Part shown: positions 46,277-55,915 of the stretch, piece after piece
How the letters are laid out: each line of letters begins with the position of its first letter
How positions within the stretch are numbered: the first letter of the stretch is position 1
Source: a virus
Length of the DNA stretch: 64,000 nucleotides
Direction: 5' to 3' (one strand)
Virus record (IMG/VR): IMGVR_UViG_3300049927_000163
Location: 1-64,000 of that record
The notes under the pieces: model-generated
Databases searched by the model: none
What the model saw: only the letters and a program-made list of their open reading frames with translations
What the model was told of the DNA's origin: nothing
Made by a program: the position numbers and the translations under genes

Positions 46277-47320
46277 TTATTCTTTTATCCATTTTGTGCC
46301 GTTAGAACGATATTTTTGTCCCTTATCATCTTCAATAAGCATGCCTTCATTATTCTTGGGAGGTGGCATTTTGTCGACTGAAGAACCCTGCTCTAAAGGT
46401 TTTTCTTGTGAGCTTTGCATTTTATTTCTGTTTTTATATAAAGCATCAATTTCTTCGTTCAACGGCTGGACTGCTTCATCAACTAATTGTTGAAAATTTG
46501 GCGGTAAGTCCAAACCAGCTTTGGCGTAAGAATCAGCCATACTTGAGGAGATATCCCCATAAGCATTTTGTATTTGAGCAATTCTTTTAAAATATTGTGA
46601 AGCTTCCATATTTGCTTCAGTTGTCTTAGAAGGTGACATTGCAATACTTTCAAGCCATTTTAATTTAGCATCAGAGAGTCTAAGACCTTTCATGTTAGTA
46701 AAATTTGTAATTACTTCTTTTGCTTTAGTAGCAAGTATTTGGTCAGATTTACTATAAAATAAAGAAGCCGCTGGAGTAGATTTAAGAGTCCTAGCAACAG
46801 CATTACTGGAACGTTCAGGATCCAAAATTGCGGCATCCAGATCATCCCAAGTTTCTAACATTTCTTTTGCAACACGTCCGCTTTCTTTCGTTTTTGTAAG
46901 ATATTCAACATTTGTTTTTGCCATTTGTTTATTAAAAGGAGTATTCGCGGCGGATCCAACTTTTGGTTGCCCCGCTTGGATGCTTTTAACAGATTCTAAA
47001 ACATCTTTAACAGGAGCTCCTTGTTGGAGAGCTTGAGTCATAAATTGATTAACTCGATTCTGATCCCATTGTTCACCTTCTTTAGGTTGCATTTCAGAAA
47101 GAGTTTTACCTAAAGTTTGAGAACCGAGCTTTTGCTGTTCCATCGCTCTTTGTTCATCGGCAAGTTTTCTTTCTTGTGCGCGCTGTTCCAAAGCTACTTG
47201 AGAAGCTTCTTGCTGTTTTTTTTGGCCGCGTTGCATCAAAGCTTGTCCAAGAGTACCAATACCTTGCTGTATCCCTTTCATTCCCCAAGGATCTTCAGGA
47301 GCATTAAAAGTAATAGCCAT
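46277..47320 (-). CDS. Putative DNA ejection/internal virion protein 2 (B)
   Basis: Q-rich helical protein; T.EANM motif shared with 8153..9415. Confidence 0.55.
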   Translation of the reverse strand: MAITFNAPEDPWGMKGIQQGIGTLGQALMQRGQKKQQEASQVALEQRAQERKLADEQRAMEQQKLGSQTLGKTLSEMQPKEGEQWDQNRVNQFMTQALQQGAPVKDVLESVKSIQAGQPKVGSAANTPFNKQMAKTNVEYLTKTKESGRVAKEMLETWDDLDAAILDPERSSNAVARTLKSTPAASLFYSKSDQILATKAKEVITNFTNMKGLRLSDAKLKWLESIAMSPSKTTEANMEASQYFKRIAQIQNAYGDISSSMADSYAKAGLDLPPNFQQLVDEAVQPLNEEIDALYKNRNKMQSSQEKPLEQGSSVDKMPPPKNNEGMLIEDDKGQKYRSNGTKWIKE

Positions 47321-48090
47321 TATCTTGCCTCCAACGCATTAATTTTAGCATCGAGTTGTTTAACACAATTCACTAGAATAGAGACAAGCCCGTAAAGATC
47401 AACTCCTCTAATGCCATCAACACTAGCTTGTATTTCTTTTGGCATCTCTTCGGCAATTAATCCTACGCGATCATGTTGAGCCCCTGGAACTGGAATTATG
47501 TAGTCATACTGCTTCACATCCATATTTCGCACTGTCTCAAGACCTTTGTCATAGTCGCGGATGTTTTCTTTAACTGTACTCGAGGAAGCCATAATTCCGG
47601 CAGCACCTAATGTGCCTGCTACTTGACCAGTCGTTCCAATTATATCCCCAAGAAGACCCTTTTGTGGCCCTTGTACAATAGGTTCAAATTGACGTTGCCC
47701 AAGAAGAGACATCATTTGTTGTAAGGCACCCATTTGTTGGTTACCCTTCATCTGATCGTAATTAATTCTTTGACCGGCAAGAGTATTAGATAAATCCCCA
47801 GCACTCGAGACTAAAGCCTGATTTAAAGCTGAAGATGATCCAGCATTAGCATCGCCAAATCGTTGTTGAATAGCAGGTAGCATCTGTTGTTCGTAAGTTC
47901 TCATTGCTGGGTCTATAATCCCCTTCTGGAATTGTTCTTCGTTGCCGCCTTCTAACAATTGCCCTGTTGCATTTTGTGCATTTTGGCCTTGGCCACTAAG
48001 CAGTTGCTGGAGAAATTGCTGTTGCTGTTTTGTCATTAGGTTCGCTTTGCCCACTTGCTTGGCGTCCGATCCCATCATTGTCTCGCCCAT
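47320..48090 (-). CDS. Pilot/ejection protein 1 with C-terminal peptidase S74 intramolecular chaperone
   Basis: SS..KENI...Y.Y...GLIAEE...VDLYGL..ILV..VKQL...I..LE. Confidence 0.75.
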   Translation of the reverse strand: MGETMMGSDAKQVGKANLMTKQQQQFLQQLLSGQGQNAQNATGQLLEGGNEEQFQKGIIDPAMRTYEQQMLPAIQQRFGDANAGSSSALNQALVSSAGDLSNTLAGQRINYDQMKGNQQMGALQQMMSLLGQRQFEPIVQGPQKGLLGDIIGTTGQVAGTLGAAGIMASSSTVKENIRDYDKGLETVRNMDVKQYDYIIPVPGAQHDRVGLIAEEMPKEIQASVDGIRGVDLYGLVSILVNCVKQLDAKINALEAR

Positions 48091-48529
48091 CTTGAAACTC
48101 CATCAATACTTGTTTAGATTTCTTGAATCCATATTTTTCTGAATGTTTTGGACACCGTGTTATCCAAAAGACTGTTTTAAGTTGTGCGCCATCTTTAATT
48201 TCTCGGCACTTATTCACGAGAAGTTGCACCGCTTTCCCGCTTCCCCAGTACTCCTTGTCCATCGAGAAAGAATTTATCACTAAAGATTCTGATAATTCAT
48301 CTATGAACATCCAGCAAAAACCTTTAGTAATCTTTTTTTCATCTACTAGCACATATAGCAAATTTAAAGGATTTAATACCACCATTCCGTCCACATTGCT
48401 CATACACGCAAGCTTTTGAAATTGAATAAATTTATCTACAGAAAATCGTCTATCTTTAATCTGCTCAATATATTCTTCTGGAATGTGTATGGGATCAAAA
48501 ATTCTTACCCAAGAAAGATTTTCTATCAT
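47996..48529 (-). CDS. GNAT-fold virion assembly protein (B)
   Basis: Ortholog of 10181..10630 (FSVD.F, GF.WM, FS.DK.YW..G.A, GFK). Confidence 0.65.
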   Translation of the reverse strand: MIENLSWVRIFDPIHIPEEYIEQIKDRRFSVDKFIQFQKLACMSNVDGMVVLNPLNLLYVLVDEKKITKGFCWMFIDELSESLVINSFSMDKEYWGSGKAVQLLVNKCREIKDGAQLKTVFWITRCPKHSEKYGFKKSKQVLMEFQDGRDNDGIGRQASGQSEPNDKTATAISPATA

Positions 48530-49074
48530 GTCTGATTCTCAAGCTCCTGACCAATATATTCCATATAACCTACAAATCCACCACCAGTAAAAGACACCAT
48601 TTGGATTGGATTCAAGCCAGAACCACACTCAAGGACTTTCCCTTTTATGGTGTTTGGCTGGCAATTCCAGACTAGATATGTATACCCCGCTGTAAAGACA
48701 TTATCGCTGCTATTAGACTGCATAACGCCAACCCAAGGCGTACCCTGGCTGTTAGCGGATTGATAAGGCATCTCAATAACAACATCGGCTGAAACAGAGA
48801 GAAACGACCAAGCAATATCCATCCAAACTTGAGTCATAATTCCTGATCGACGAGTCCAGCCATATTGTTTGGTGTATGTGACACTCGAATCGCTTACATT
48901 ATAAAGTTTTGGTGTCCAAGGTTTAATCCATCCATTTACATTCTGAGCAACTTGCTGGTATGTATCTGTCATTTTATCTATGAGGTCGCCCATATATTCT
49001 TTGAACTTTGCGGGGTTCTCATCTACAAAAGTCTCAGGTCGGTACGGGTATATTATATCAGTTGGAAGAGTCAT
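48526..49074 (-). CDS. Putative tail needle/plug protein (B)
   Basis: Syntenic with 10627..11067; different C-terminal domain. Confidence 0.45.
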   Translation of the reverse strand: MTLPTDIIYPYRPETFVDENPAKFKEYMGDLIDKMTDTYQQVAQNVNGWIKPWTPKLYNVSDSSVTYTKQYGWTRRSGIMTQVWMDIAWSFLSVSADVVIEMPYQSANSQGTPWVGVMQSNSSDNVFTAGYTYLVWNCQPNTIKGKVLECGSGLNPIQMVSFTGGGFVGYMEYIGQELENQT

Positions 49075-51083
49075 TAACCACCTATCATTCGATTGCCAGA
49101 AGGTTTAAACCAGGGCATAATCGCGTTAATTCTTAAATTATCATCTATACCACTATTGGTAATTCTAATGTAATGCTCATAGCCTTTTCCGCCAGCATAG
49201 GCTCTCTTCCAAGTTTTATTATTATTGTATGCTCTAAGGGAAATTTGTCCACCACCTTCATAAAAGCTAAAGGAAGAGGCATTTATACCATCGAGTGAGA
49301 AAGTATCATCATCAATCACAGTTATTGTGTACGGTCCTCCGGTAAGTTCTTGCATACTATCTAAATTATAAATATATACTTGATCTCCCGTAGACAGTCC
49401 GTGCTGAGCTACATTGATATCAACATCCTCAACAGTATCAGGTATAATATTAATTATATCTCCTAAATAACCAAGATTAGGGAGACAATTCATAGTCTGA
49501 ATTGCATATGGAGTGACAATATCATCGCAGAAAAATTCAACTGTGAAAAATGTATCTTGATCTGAGTCTACATAGAAATCAACATAGCCCATTTGACACT
49601 GGAGTCCTTGATCTTTATATGGGTTCCAGCTTGCGCTCATTATTGTAAGATCTATAGGATTTCCTAGATCATCGCCACCCTCTTCGAGGAAAAGAACGCG
49701 TCCAATTTGATCACCACCAATAAATTTTTCATCACCCGACTGGAAGAATCCTGAACCCCACGTTGCCTCGGCAGCTTGGGAAAAGGAGATATCTAAGTCA
49801 TTAGCCGCTATAAAATCCTGGAAGGCATAATCACGACTTGTTTCGGCATATCCAAGAGTACTCATATTTATATAAGAGTCACTATCCTCATCAAAAACAT
49901 AGGCTGTATAGATAGAGTAACCGTTATCTTCGTCTGTTCGAACTAAAGCAAAATTTGAAGTCTGCGGGTTTTCTAAGATATCAAAGTTAACACTTGAAGA
50001 AGGATATAAAGTTAAAGAGTGGAGTAAATTGAAATTTCTAGCTGAATACATTTGTCCGAAAGCTTCATCATTGATAGCGTCTGACATAAAGTTTGCTATT
50101 CTTTCGTCTACTCTCACCACTTCATTGCGATCGCAAGCAACAATACCGCGCTTGCCAAAAGATACAACATATCTATCATATTCAATATCCGCGTAAGGGG
50201 CTTCACATGCACGAAAACTATTAATACGAACCCATCTAAAGGGCAGAGCAGGATCGGATGTAGGTTCAATTACCCATACAGAATTTGTAAATTTCACCAC
50301 AATACAATCAGAAAGAAGTGTGGCAGAAATCATTTGTTCCGATGTTGGGGCATCTACAAAACCACCATTACCAGGGGTAATCTCGTTCCAGTTTTCACCT
50401 GAATCGGCTGGATTGCCAGCTCTTGACCATCGCAAACGTTGTGAGAAATTTGTACCCGAACCAATTGGAGGAGTTCCAACGGGAGCTACAGTTGATTCTA
50501 CTGTATTTAAAACAAGAAGGCGTTGACGAAAAGCAAAAATAAACTGCGCTGCGACTATATAATTTCTAGTGGCAGATACTGAAGGGGGCTGACTATCGGG
50601 AAGAAATTCATTCGTTGTTGTTCCAGTAGTAAATGATCTCATTGGAGAAATAGGAACACTAGTATCTCCATTGAAGTTTGTAAAATAGAAGGTACTCGTT
50701 GGAAATGAGCCAGTACGACCAAATGAGGCTGAATTTATAAACGAAGAAACTGATCCATTGAATATATCTACTGTATCTAGCGGATCAAAAGTTTGAGTTC
50801 CTTGATTAAAAATAGCCGCTCTTTTAGTGTCGAAAATAAGTAACTGACTTGCATTGTTAGTATCTACAAATGTTTTTATTCCCATGATTGGTAGTGTTCC
50901 GACAACATCTGGATCATAGATCATGGTTCCGAATTTAACCATGCCGGAACGTTTTATAATAACACCTTTATAGAGATAAGCGTTCACTATTTCAGTGAAA
51001 GCATCCTGGGGCAAAATCCATGGCTGAATTACCGTATCAAGACCAGTCGTAAATGCTGATATCAAATATGGTGTATATGTCAC
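49074..51083 (-). CDS. Tail nozzle/tubular protein B (B) with E1-FCCH-like insertion
   Basis: Ortholog of 11064..13388; GTG start; HGLSTGDQVYI...MQELTG..YTITVIDDDTFSL insertion. Confidence 0.65.
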   Translation of the reverse strand: MTYTPYLISAFTTGLDTVIQPWILPQDAFTEIVNAYLYKGVIIKRSGMVKFGTMIYDPDVVGTLPIMGIKTFVDTNNASQLLIFDTKRAAIFNQGTQTFDPLDTVDIFNGSVSSFINSASFGRTGSFPTSTFYFTNFNGDTSVPISPMRSFTTGTTTNEFLPDSQPPSVSATRNYIVAAQFIFAFRQRLLVLNTVESTVAPVGTPPIGSGTNFSQRLRWSRAGNPADSGENWNEITPGNGGFVDAPTSEQMISATLLSDCIVVKFTNSVWVIEPTSDPALPFRWVRINSFRACEAPYADIEYDRYVVSFGKRGIVACDRNEVVRVDERIANFMSDAINDEAFGQMYSARNFNLLHSLTLYPSSSVNFDILENPQTSNFALVRTDEDNGYSIYTAYVFDEDSDSYINMSTLGYAETSRDYAFQDFIAANDLDISFSQAAEATWGSGFFQSGDEKFIGGDQIGRVLFLEEGGDDLGNPIDLTIMSASWNPYKDQGLQCQMGYVDFYVDSDQDTFFTVEFFCDDIVTPYAIQTMNCLPNLGYLGDIINIIPDTVEDVDINVAQHGLSTGDQVYIYNLDSMQELTGGPYTITVIDDDTFSLDGINASSFSFYEGGGQISLRAYNNNKTWKRAYAGGKGYEHYIRITNSGIDDNLRINAIMPWFKPSGNRMIGG

Positions 51084-51739
51084 TAAACCCGTCCCCCAAA
51101 AACAGCAAAGCAAAATCCAACGTCATCAACAACAAAATCATTACTAGAAAAACTATATCTTTGCATCTGCACACTAAAATCAGCCGCAGTTTGACCGAAA
51201 AGTAAACTTACATATGCTGAGGTTCCACCTGTATTTCTTGGTGTAAGTAGAATAGAATAGTTATCTGCCGAAGTCATAGGATCTGTGAAAGTTACTGTAT
51301 AGTTACCAGAACCAGAACCATTTCTTACAGCGCTTGCTATACCATAAGAACCGGCTTGTAAAACTCCATTAGAAGCTACTCGGCCCTGTGCGGAACAAAA
51401 TGCTTGCTGAGTATTTACAACTTGAAATGCGCCTGTTTGTAATCGTATATCTGAACCGTATAGAGGCTGCGTCCAGTATCCAACTCCTCCACCATTAGTC
51501 AACCTAGTGACATTAGAATTATCATCTTTAAAGAAAAGTTCAGTAAATCCAGATCCGTTAAGTTTAGTAAAAATTAATCCGGATCCTGCGATACCTCCCG
51601 GATCTCCTAATCTAAATGCTAGTTGCCATTTTCTACTAGGAACAGCACCTCCCTCTATAGCCTGCCAGTTAGCTTGGAATAGAGCAGGGGAAAGCCTAAT
51701 CTTAGTTGCATTCGTAGGTTGTGTAGGATCCCAAGACAT
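51083..51739 (-). CDS. Tail fibre-like protein (B)
   Basis: Syntenic with 13388..14071; shares the N-terminal P.P and TELF; different C-terminus (GNYTVTFT.PM....Y). Confidence 0.55.
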   Translation of the reverse strand: MSWDPTQPTNATKIRLSPALFQANWQAIEGGAVPSRKWQLAFRLGDPGGIAGSGLIFTKLNGSGFTELFFKDDNSNVTRLTNGGGVGYWTQPLYGSDIRLQTGAFQVVNTQQAFCSAQGRVASNGVLQAGSYGIASAVRNGSGSGNYTVTFTDPMTSADNYSILLTPRNTGGTSAYVSLLFGQTAADFSVQMQRYSFSSNDFVVDDVGFCFAVFGGRV

Positions 51740-51754
51740 TTTTACCTCAAAACT

Positions 51755-52627
51755 TTAAAACATTGGTCGTGTACGTTCATTCATAAGATTTTGAAGCGTA
51801 CGAGTAATTATGTATCCAATTTGTTCTTTATATAGAACAGTAAGCTCTGCATAACGATCCATCTCGCCATAATCCATTACAAGGTCTCTAGCGGCCCCGT
51901 AAGCAATAGCTTCACCCCATTCCTGTAGGGTAGGTGTATCGCTACCATTAACAAGCGGCGTAGGGATTATATAGGCCTTTACCATGACTCGATAAACAGT
52001 GTCAGGAACAGGATAGAATCGAAACTGTGAATTGTAGTAGAGAACCGCAATCGGTTGGCCCAAAGGGATAACTTCAAAGCTCTCCCAAATATTTACACTT
52101 GCAGGAGGTGCAGTAAAGAATGATACGCTTATGGCTCCAGTAGTATAATTAACACTTCCAGTGCCACCCATATCACCGACAAGGACACCGCTACCATTAT
52201 CCGTAAATGTCTCAACATTATCGGTTATGATAACACTGCCTGGAGAGATGAAAGGAAACTGAACGACGTTAGAGAAATTCTGTGTACTTCCGTCCCCTGT
52301 CCAGGGTATCAAGCGTTGGATCTGCTCAGGATTCTCATTAAAATAGACCACGGGATCTTGATAATAGAGCAATGGTTTTAAATCTATATATACAGGTGGC
52401 TCTATATTTGTGTAAGTTGTATCAGGGAAATTATAAAACTGTTCATTAGCAACAGTTTGAAAATTATAATAAGTATGTTCTTTTTCAAGTTTTAATTCCG
52501 CCGGTAAAGTGAATTGATAATAATTATTAATATATGTATCAATAGTGGAATCAGCGAGCTGGTTAGAGCTTAATCTACCCGTGACCTGACGAACTTTTTT
52601 GCGTATATCTGCTAAATTCCAGCCCAT
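51755..52627 (-). CDS. Head-tail adaptor / tail tubular protein A (B)
   Basis: Ortholog of 14074..14991. Confidence 0.7.
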   Translation of the reverse strand: MGWNLADIRKKVRQVTGRLSSNQLADSTIDTYINNYYQFTLPAELKLEKEHTYYNFQTVANEQFYNFPDTTYTNIEPPVYIDLKPLLYYQDPVVYFNENPEQIQRLIPWTGDGSTQNFSNVVQFPFISPGSVIITDNVETFTDNGSGVLVGDMGGTGSVNYTTGAISVSFFTAPPASVNIWESFEVIPLGQPIAVLYYNSQFRFYPVPDTVYRVMVKAYIIPTPLVNGSDTPTLQEWGEAIAYGAARDLVMDYGEMDRYAELTVLYKEQIGYIITRTLQNLMNERTRPMF

Positions 52628-52635
52628 ATTTCACC

Positions 52636-52974
52636 TTAAGCAAAAACTTGACGACATTGAAATCGCGGTTTAGTTGAAACTTGTTTTTTAATCATTCGTC
52701 CTTGGCCATCCGGTTGCCACGACCAAACAGGAGTATTTCTTGATTCAATGTGCTGACAAACCTTTCGTGGTAGTTTATACTTGCCACCATGCATAAGTGT
52801 GTATTTCTTGAAGTTCTTGGTATTTCCATAGCAAAATGTATTCATCAAACCAGGTTCTTCAGTGTTGTAAAATTCAACATCGATTTCTTCATCTAGCCAT
52901 TTCTTTTCCTTTTCACTCATTTCCTTAACAGGAGTCTGAGCTATACCATTATCAAATGCGTTTCTATCTGTCAT
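52636..52974 (-). CDS. Conserved head-operon protein (B)
   Basis: Ortholog of 14991..15434. Confidence 0.6.
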   Translation of the reverse strand: MTDRNAFDNGIAQTPVKEMSEKEKKWLDEEIDVEFYNTEEPGLMNTFCYGNTKNFKKYTLMHGGKYKLPRKVCQHIESRNTPVWSWQPDGQGRMIKKQVSTKPRFQCRQVFA

Positions 52975-52985
52975 ATATCCCTCGT

Positions 52986-53012
52986 AAAATTAGGGGGACT
53001 TAAGCGTCCCCC
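52986..53012 (-). terminator. Hairpin terminator after the decoration gene
   Basis: GGGGGAC-GCTTAA-GTCCCCC-TAATTTT. Confidence 0.6.
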
Positions 53013-53018
53013 ATTAAG

Positions 53019-53615
53019 TTAACAAACTGAATTGTCGCCTTTAACGTTAGCGACCATTACATCGCCATCTGTACCGACAACACCTGTACCAATTAAGATA
53101 CCTTGGATACCAAAGTTCTCAGTTGGAATTGGGTTACCTGCTGAATCTTCAACACGGCTTGCAACACCACCAGACACATAGGCGCTATAGCCTACTGTAC
53201 TTTCTACAAGTGTGATTGCAGTTGCTGTAACAGATGCTACAGTGTATGTACCGTTCAACGATGCAGTTCCTGCACCATCATCAGCTAATTCTGCTACTTT
53301 AATTGTGTCACCTGCAACGATGCCAACTAGAGCAATATTACTTGCTGTAATGACACCAGGGTTTGCGTTAGTGAAACCGCTGATAGTAGCTCCATAGATT
53401 GATGATGTTGATAAAGGTGTAAAACCGTTTGATGTGGTTACTGCACCAGTATCTACTGTCTGATAGTAGCCGTTAGGCATTGCTGAGTTCCAATAGTAGG
53501 ACTTTCCATCCGTAAGATTGGTCGTTTGAATCTCAGAAATTGCAAAGCCAATGCTTTGATGCCTAGCTACTGCTGGGGTTGGATTTGTCCAACCGAATGT
53601 TTTTGCTTGTGTCAT
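53019..53615 (-). CDS. Capsid decoration-like protein with E1-FCCH-like domain (B)
   Basis: ISGFTNANPGVIT...LNGTYTV...YSAYVSGG; follows the MCP. Confidence 0.55.
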   Translation of the reverse strand: MTQAKTFGWTNPTPAVARHQSIGFAISEIQTTNLTDGKSYYWNSAMPNGYYQTVDTGAVTTSNGFTPLSTSSIYGATISGFTNANPGVITASNIALVGIVAGDTIKVAELADDGAGTASLNGTYTVASVTATAITLVESTVGYSAYVSGGVASRVEDSAGNPIPTENFGIQGILIGTGVVGTDGDVMVANVKGDNSVC

Positions 53616-53627
53616 TTTATGTTCTCC

Positions 53628-54569
53628 TTAAGAATGGGTTGCTTCAAGATTCAACATAAATGAGTCATTTAAAATTCTTGAAACGAATGGATGTTGCCAA
53701 CCTACCGTTCCACGTTGATGCAATGGGTCAGCTGAACCAGCGGAACCAAGTGGCTCAATATAGAATTCACCACTCTCTACACCAAGGTGTACGACGGCAT
53801 ATGCTTCTTTACCGATGATAAAGTTGTTGTACACTGGTATAGCAGCGCTAGAAACACTCCCTACACTAGTGTAAAGCCATCTTACGTTACCTGTACTTCC
53901 CCATTCTGCGTCCAGAACAGTCTGTTGGCTAGGATATTGTGCAGTATGAACAAAGTTCTCTACCTGCTCAAGATCATCCAAAAGTGCTGTATCAATATAG
54001 CCCCAAAAACTAGGACGAATTGGCGCAGTTCCGAACATATCCATACCGGTGATGACTTCTGAAATCATCTCCGCGTTATTTCCCAGAAGAGTTTTAACAG
54101 CAATATTGATATCAAGTTCATTAATCTCTGTTGGTGTGTTTCCGTTACCACCATTAGCACATTGAAGTACTGAAGATGTACTCGCAAGTACGTCTCTTGT
54201 AACTTCATCCATGGTCTGACCAAGGTTTTGTGCAAGTAGACGTGCAGATTCATTAAGCACTCTATCTTGTACTGTGAACTCGACTTGGTTTGTTAATGTA
54301 ACAAAGTTACCGTAGAAGTCTACACGAGCTTTTAGGTCTTGTGTACTTAAAGCAGTTCCTGGAGGTGTTATACCATCTGTTAATGGAATTGGAACGGTAG
54401 CTAATCTGTTATATCGTCTAAATACAATAGTGTCTCCCATCTTACGTGGTAACTGTCGACGCTGCGCAAACTTTGTATGAATAAGCTTAGGATAAGCTGT
54501 CATCAATAGCAGACGGTCGTAGTAATCACGCACAGCTGGAGGGAGAACGCTGACGTTTGTAATTGTCAT
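53628..54569 (-). CDS. Major capsid protein, N4-gp56 family (B)
   Basis: YYDRLLL...GDTIVFRRY...PLTDGITP...EWGSTGNVRW...GKEAY...DPLHQRGTVGW. Confidence 0.92.
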   Translation of the reverse strand: MTITNVSVLPPAVRDYYDRLLLMTAYPKLIHTKFAQRRQLPRKMGDTIVFRRYNRLATVPIPLTDGITPPGTALSTQDLKARVDFYGNFVTLTNQVEFTVQDRVLNESARLLAQNLGQTMDEVTRDVLASTSSVLQCANGGNGNTPTEINELDINIAVKTLLGNNAEMISEVITGMDMFGTAPIRPSFWGYIDTALLDDLEQVENFVHTAQYPSQQTVLDAEWGSTGNVRWLYTSVGSVSSAAIPVYNNFIIGKEAYAVVHLGVESGEFYIEPLGSAGSADPLHQRGTVGWQHPFVSRILNDSFMLNLEATHS

Positions 54570-54589
54570 ATTTCCTCTTTATGTGGTTA

Positions 54590-55240
54590 TTAACCCATAT
54601 TCCTTGCAGCAAACTTCATGAAATCCGAATCGTTCATAGTCTTATATGCCTCTCCAGTAATACCAGACGTGGCACCTCCAATGGAGGAGAGATTCCCTGG
54701 TCTTTGCAAGTTTTGAGTAGCTTGCTGAGCCTGTGGAGATCGATTTTGTTGTCTTTGTTCTTGGAGATAAGTGTCTGAACGTTTTGCAAGATGATACGCC
54801 GCCTTATAAGGGTTGGGCGCACTCATGATCATTTCTTTAAGATCTGGGTCGGTTTTTAAAACATCCGGTAAATATTTTCTGACCACATCATTATAATCTG
54901 GGTATGCTTGAGCCATCTTCAGTTCTTCTACAGCGAGTTTTTGTTCGTGAGAAAATTGATTTATGAATTTCTTAGCTTCTCCGACAGTGAGCACGTCATT
55001 GTCAGATAAACCATTAAATTCATCAGGTGGTGCGGCTTTAGCGTTGTTAGCTTTCAGCAACTCCATGTGGTCTTGCATTAACTTCAGATTTTCTTGAAGT
55101 TGTTGGCGCTCGCGCCTTTCTGCTTGTAAAGCGGCTACTGGAACTAATTGTTCTTGTTGCTGCTCATGCATTGGCTGCTGAGTGTTAAGATCAGTCTGAA
55201 CGGCGGCTTCAGATGTAACGCCCGTCTGCATTGGTTCCAT
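54590..55240 (-). CDS. Scaffolding protein (B)
   Basis: VP..ALQAER.ERQ, YPDY..V, AY.LAK, RPG.LS, M.DSDF; start re-set to MEPMQTGV. Confidence 0.75.
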   Translation of the reverse strand: MEPMQTGVTSEAAVQTDLNTQQPMHEQQQEQLVPVAALQAERRERQQLQENLKLMQDHMELLKANNAKAAPPDEFNGLSDNDVLTVGEAKKFINQFSHEQKLAVEELKMAQAYPDYNDVVRKYLPDVLKTDPDLKEMIMSAPNPYKAAYHLAKRSDTYLQEQRQQNRSPQAQQATQNLQRPGNLSSIGGATSGITGEAYKTMNDSDFMKFAARNMG

Positions 55241-55296
55241 TTTGGCTCTCCTAATACGCCCTTTACTCGATGGCAATCGAGTGCGATGGCGGCTCG
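55195..55296 (-). promoter_or_regulatory. Structured scaffold leader: three hairpins plus two GGGCGT boxes
   Basis: TCTGAA-GCCGCCG-TTCAGA (55195..55213), ACTCGAT-TGCC-ATCGAGT (55265..55282), CGA-GCCGCCA-TCG (55284..55296). Confidence 0.7.
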
Positions 55297-55656
55297 TTAA
55301 TTATAAACATAAGCATCAGGGATCGATGTCTCGTAAACTTGACACCCTTCCTGTTCTACTCCTAACAATTCAAATCCGAATGGTTTGTCTGGCATATTGA
55401 CTTCCCAACGAATTGTTCCTTTTTGGTTGTTTACCTCTCCTACGATCATACCCACTTGTCGTTGCGGTCTCATCCCGTAGGCTTTAATGACTTTGGCTAA
55501 TGCGGGTAATCCGTTATGTTTGCGCTTCGAGGGACTAGCAAATAAAACAATCCAGTAAGGCTCGGTGCGGTCTTTATTCGCATTCAGCATTTTCTCGATT
55601 ATTTTTTCATCATCCTCAACAATCGCTTTTGATGTTTCCCCTACTTCTTGAGTCAT
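55297..55656 (-). CDS. Conserved hypothetical head-operon protein (B)
   Basis: Ortholog of 18353..18715. Confidence 0.7.
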   Translation of the reverse strand: MTQEVGETSKAIVEDDEKIIEKMLNANKDRTEPYWIVLFASPSKRKHNGLPALAKVIKAYGMRPQRQVGMIVGEVNNQKGTIRWEVNMPDKPFGFELLGVEQEGCQVYETSIPDAYVYN

Positions 55657-55666
55657 TTTTTACTCC

Positions 55667-55915
55667 CTAGAAATCGTATTCAAATGCTTCTTTAGGAGTG
55701 CCTCTATAATCATAAGGAAGTGCATTTACGCGCTTTCCATCATAATCAGGGCAAGGATCTACATAATAAGGCTTGGAAGCATGCCCCATAATGCCATCAC
55801 CCATAGAACCGGCCTTCTCAACGTTAAGATAACGTTCATTCATAGCCTTAGATGGGTAACGCGCATCAAGTTTTTCCTGCTCCGGAACCTTATTCATTTT
55901 TGGTTTACCTGGCAT
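55667..55915 (-). CDS. Hypothetical protein
   Basis: Overlaps the portal stop codon. Confidence 0.55.
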   Translation of the reverse strand: MPGKPKMNKVPEQEKLDARYPSKAMNERYLNVEKAGSMGDGIMGHASKPYYVDPCPDYDGKRVNALPYDYRGTPKEAFEYDF

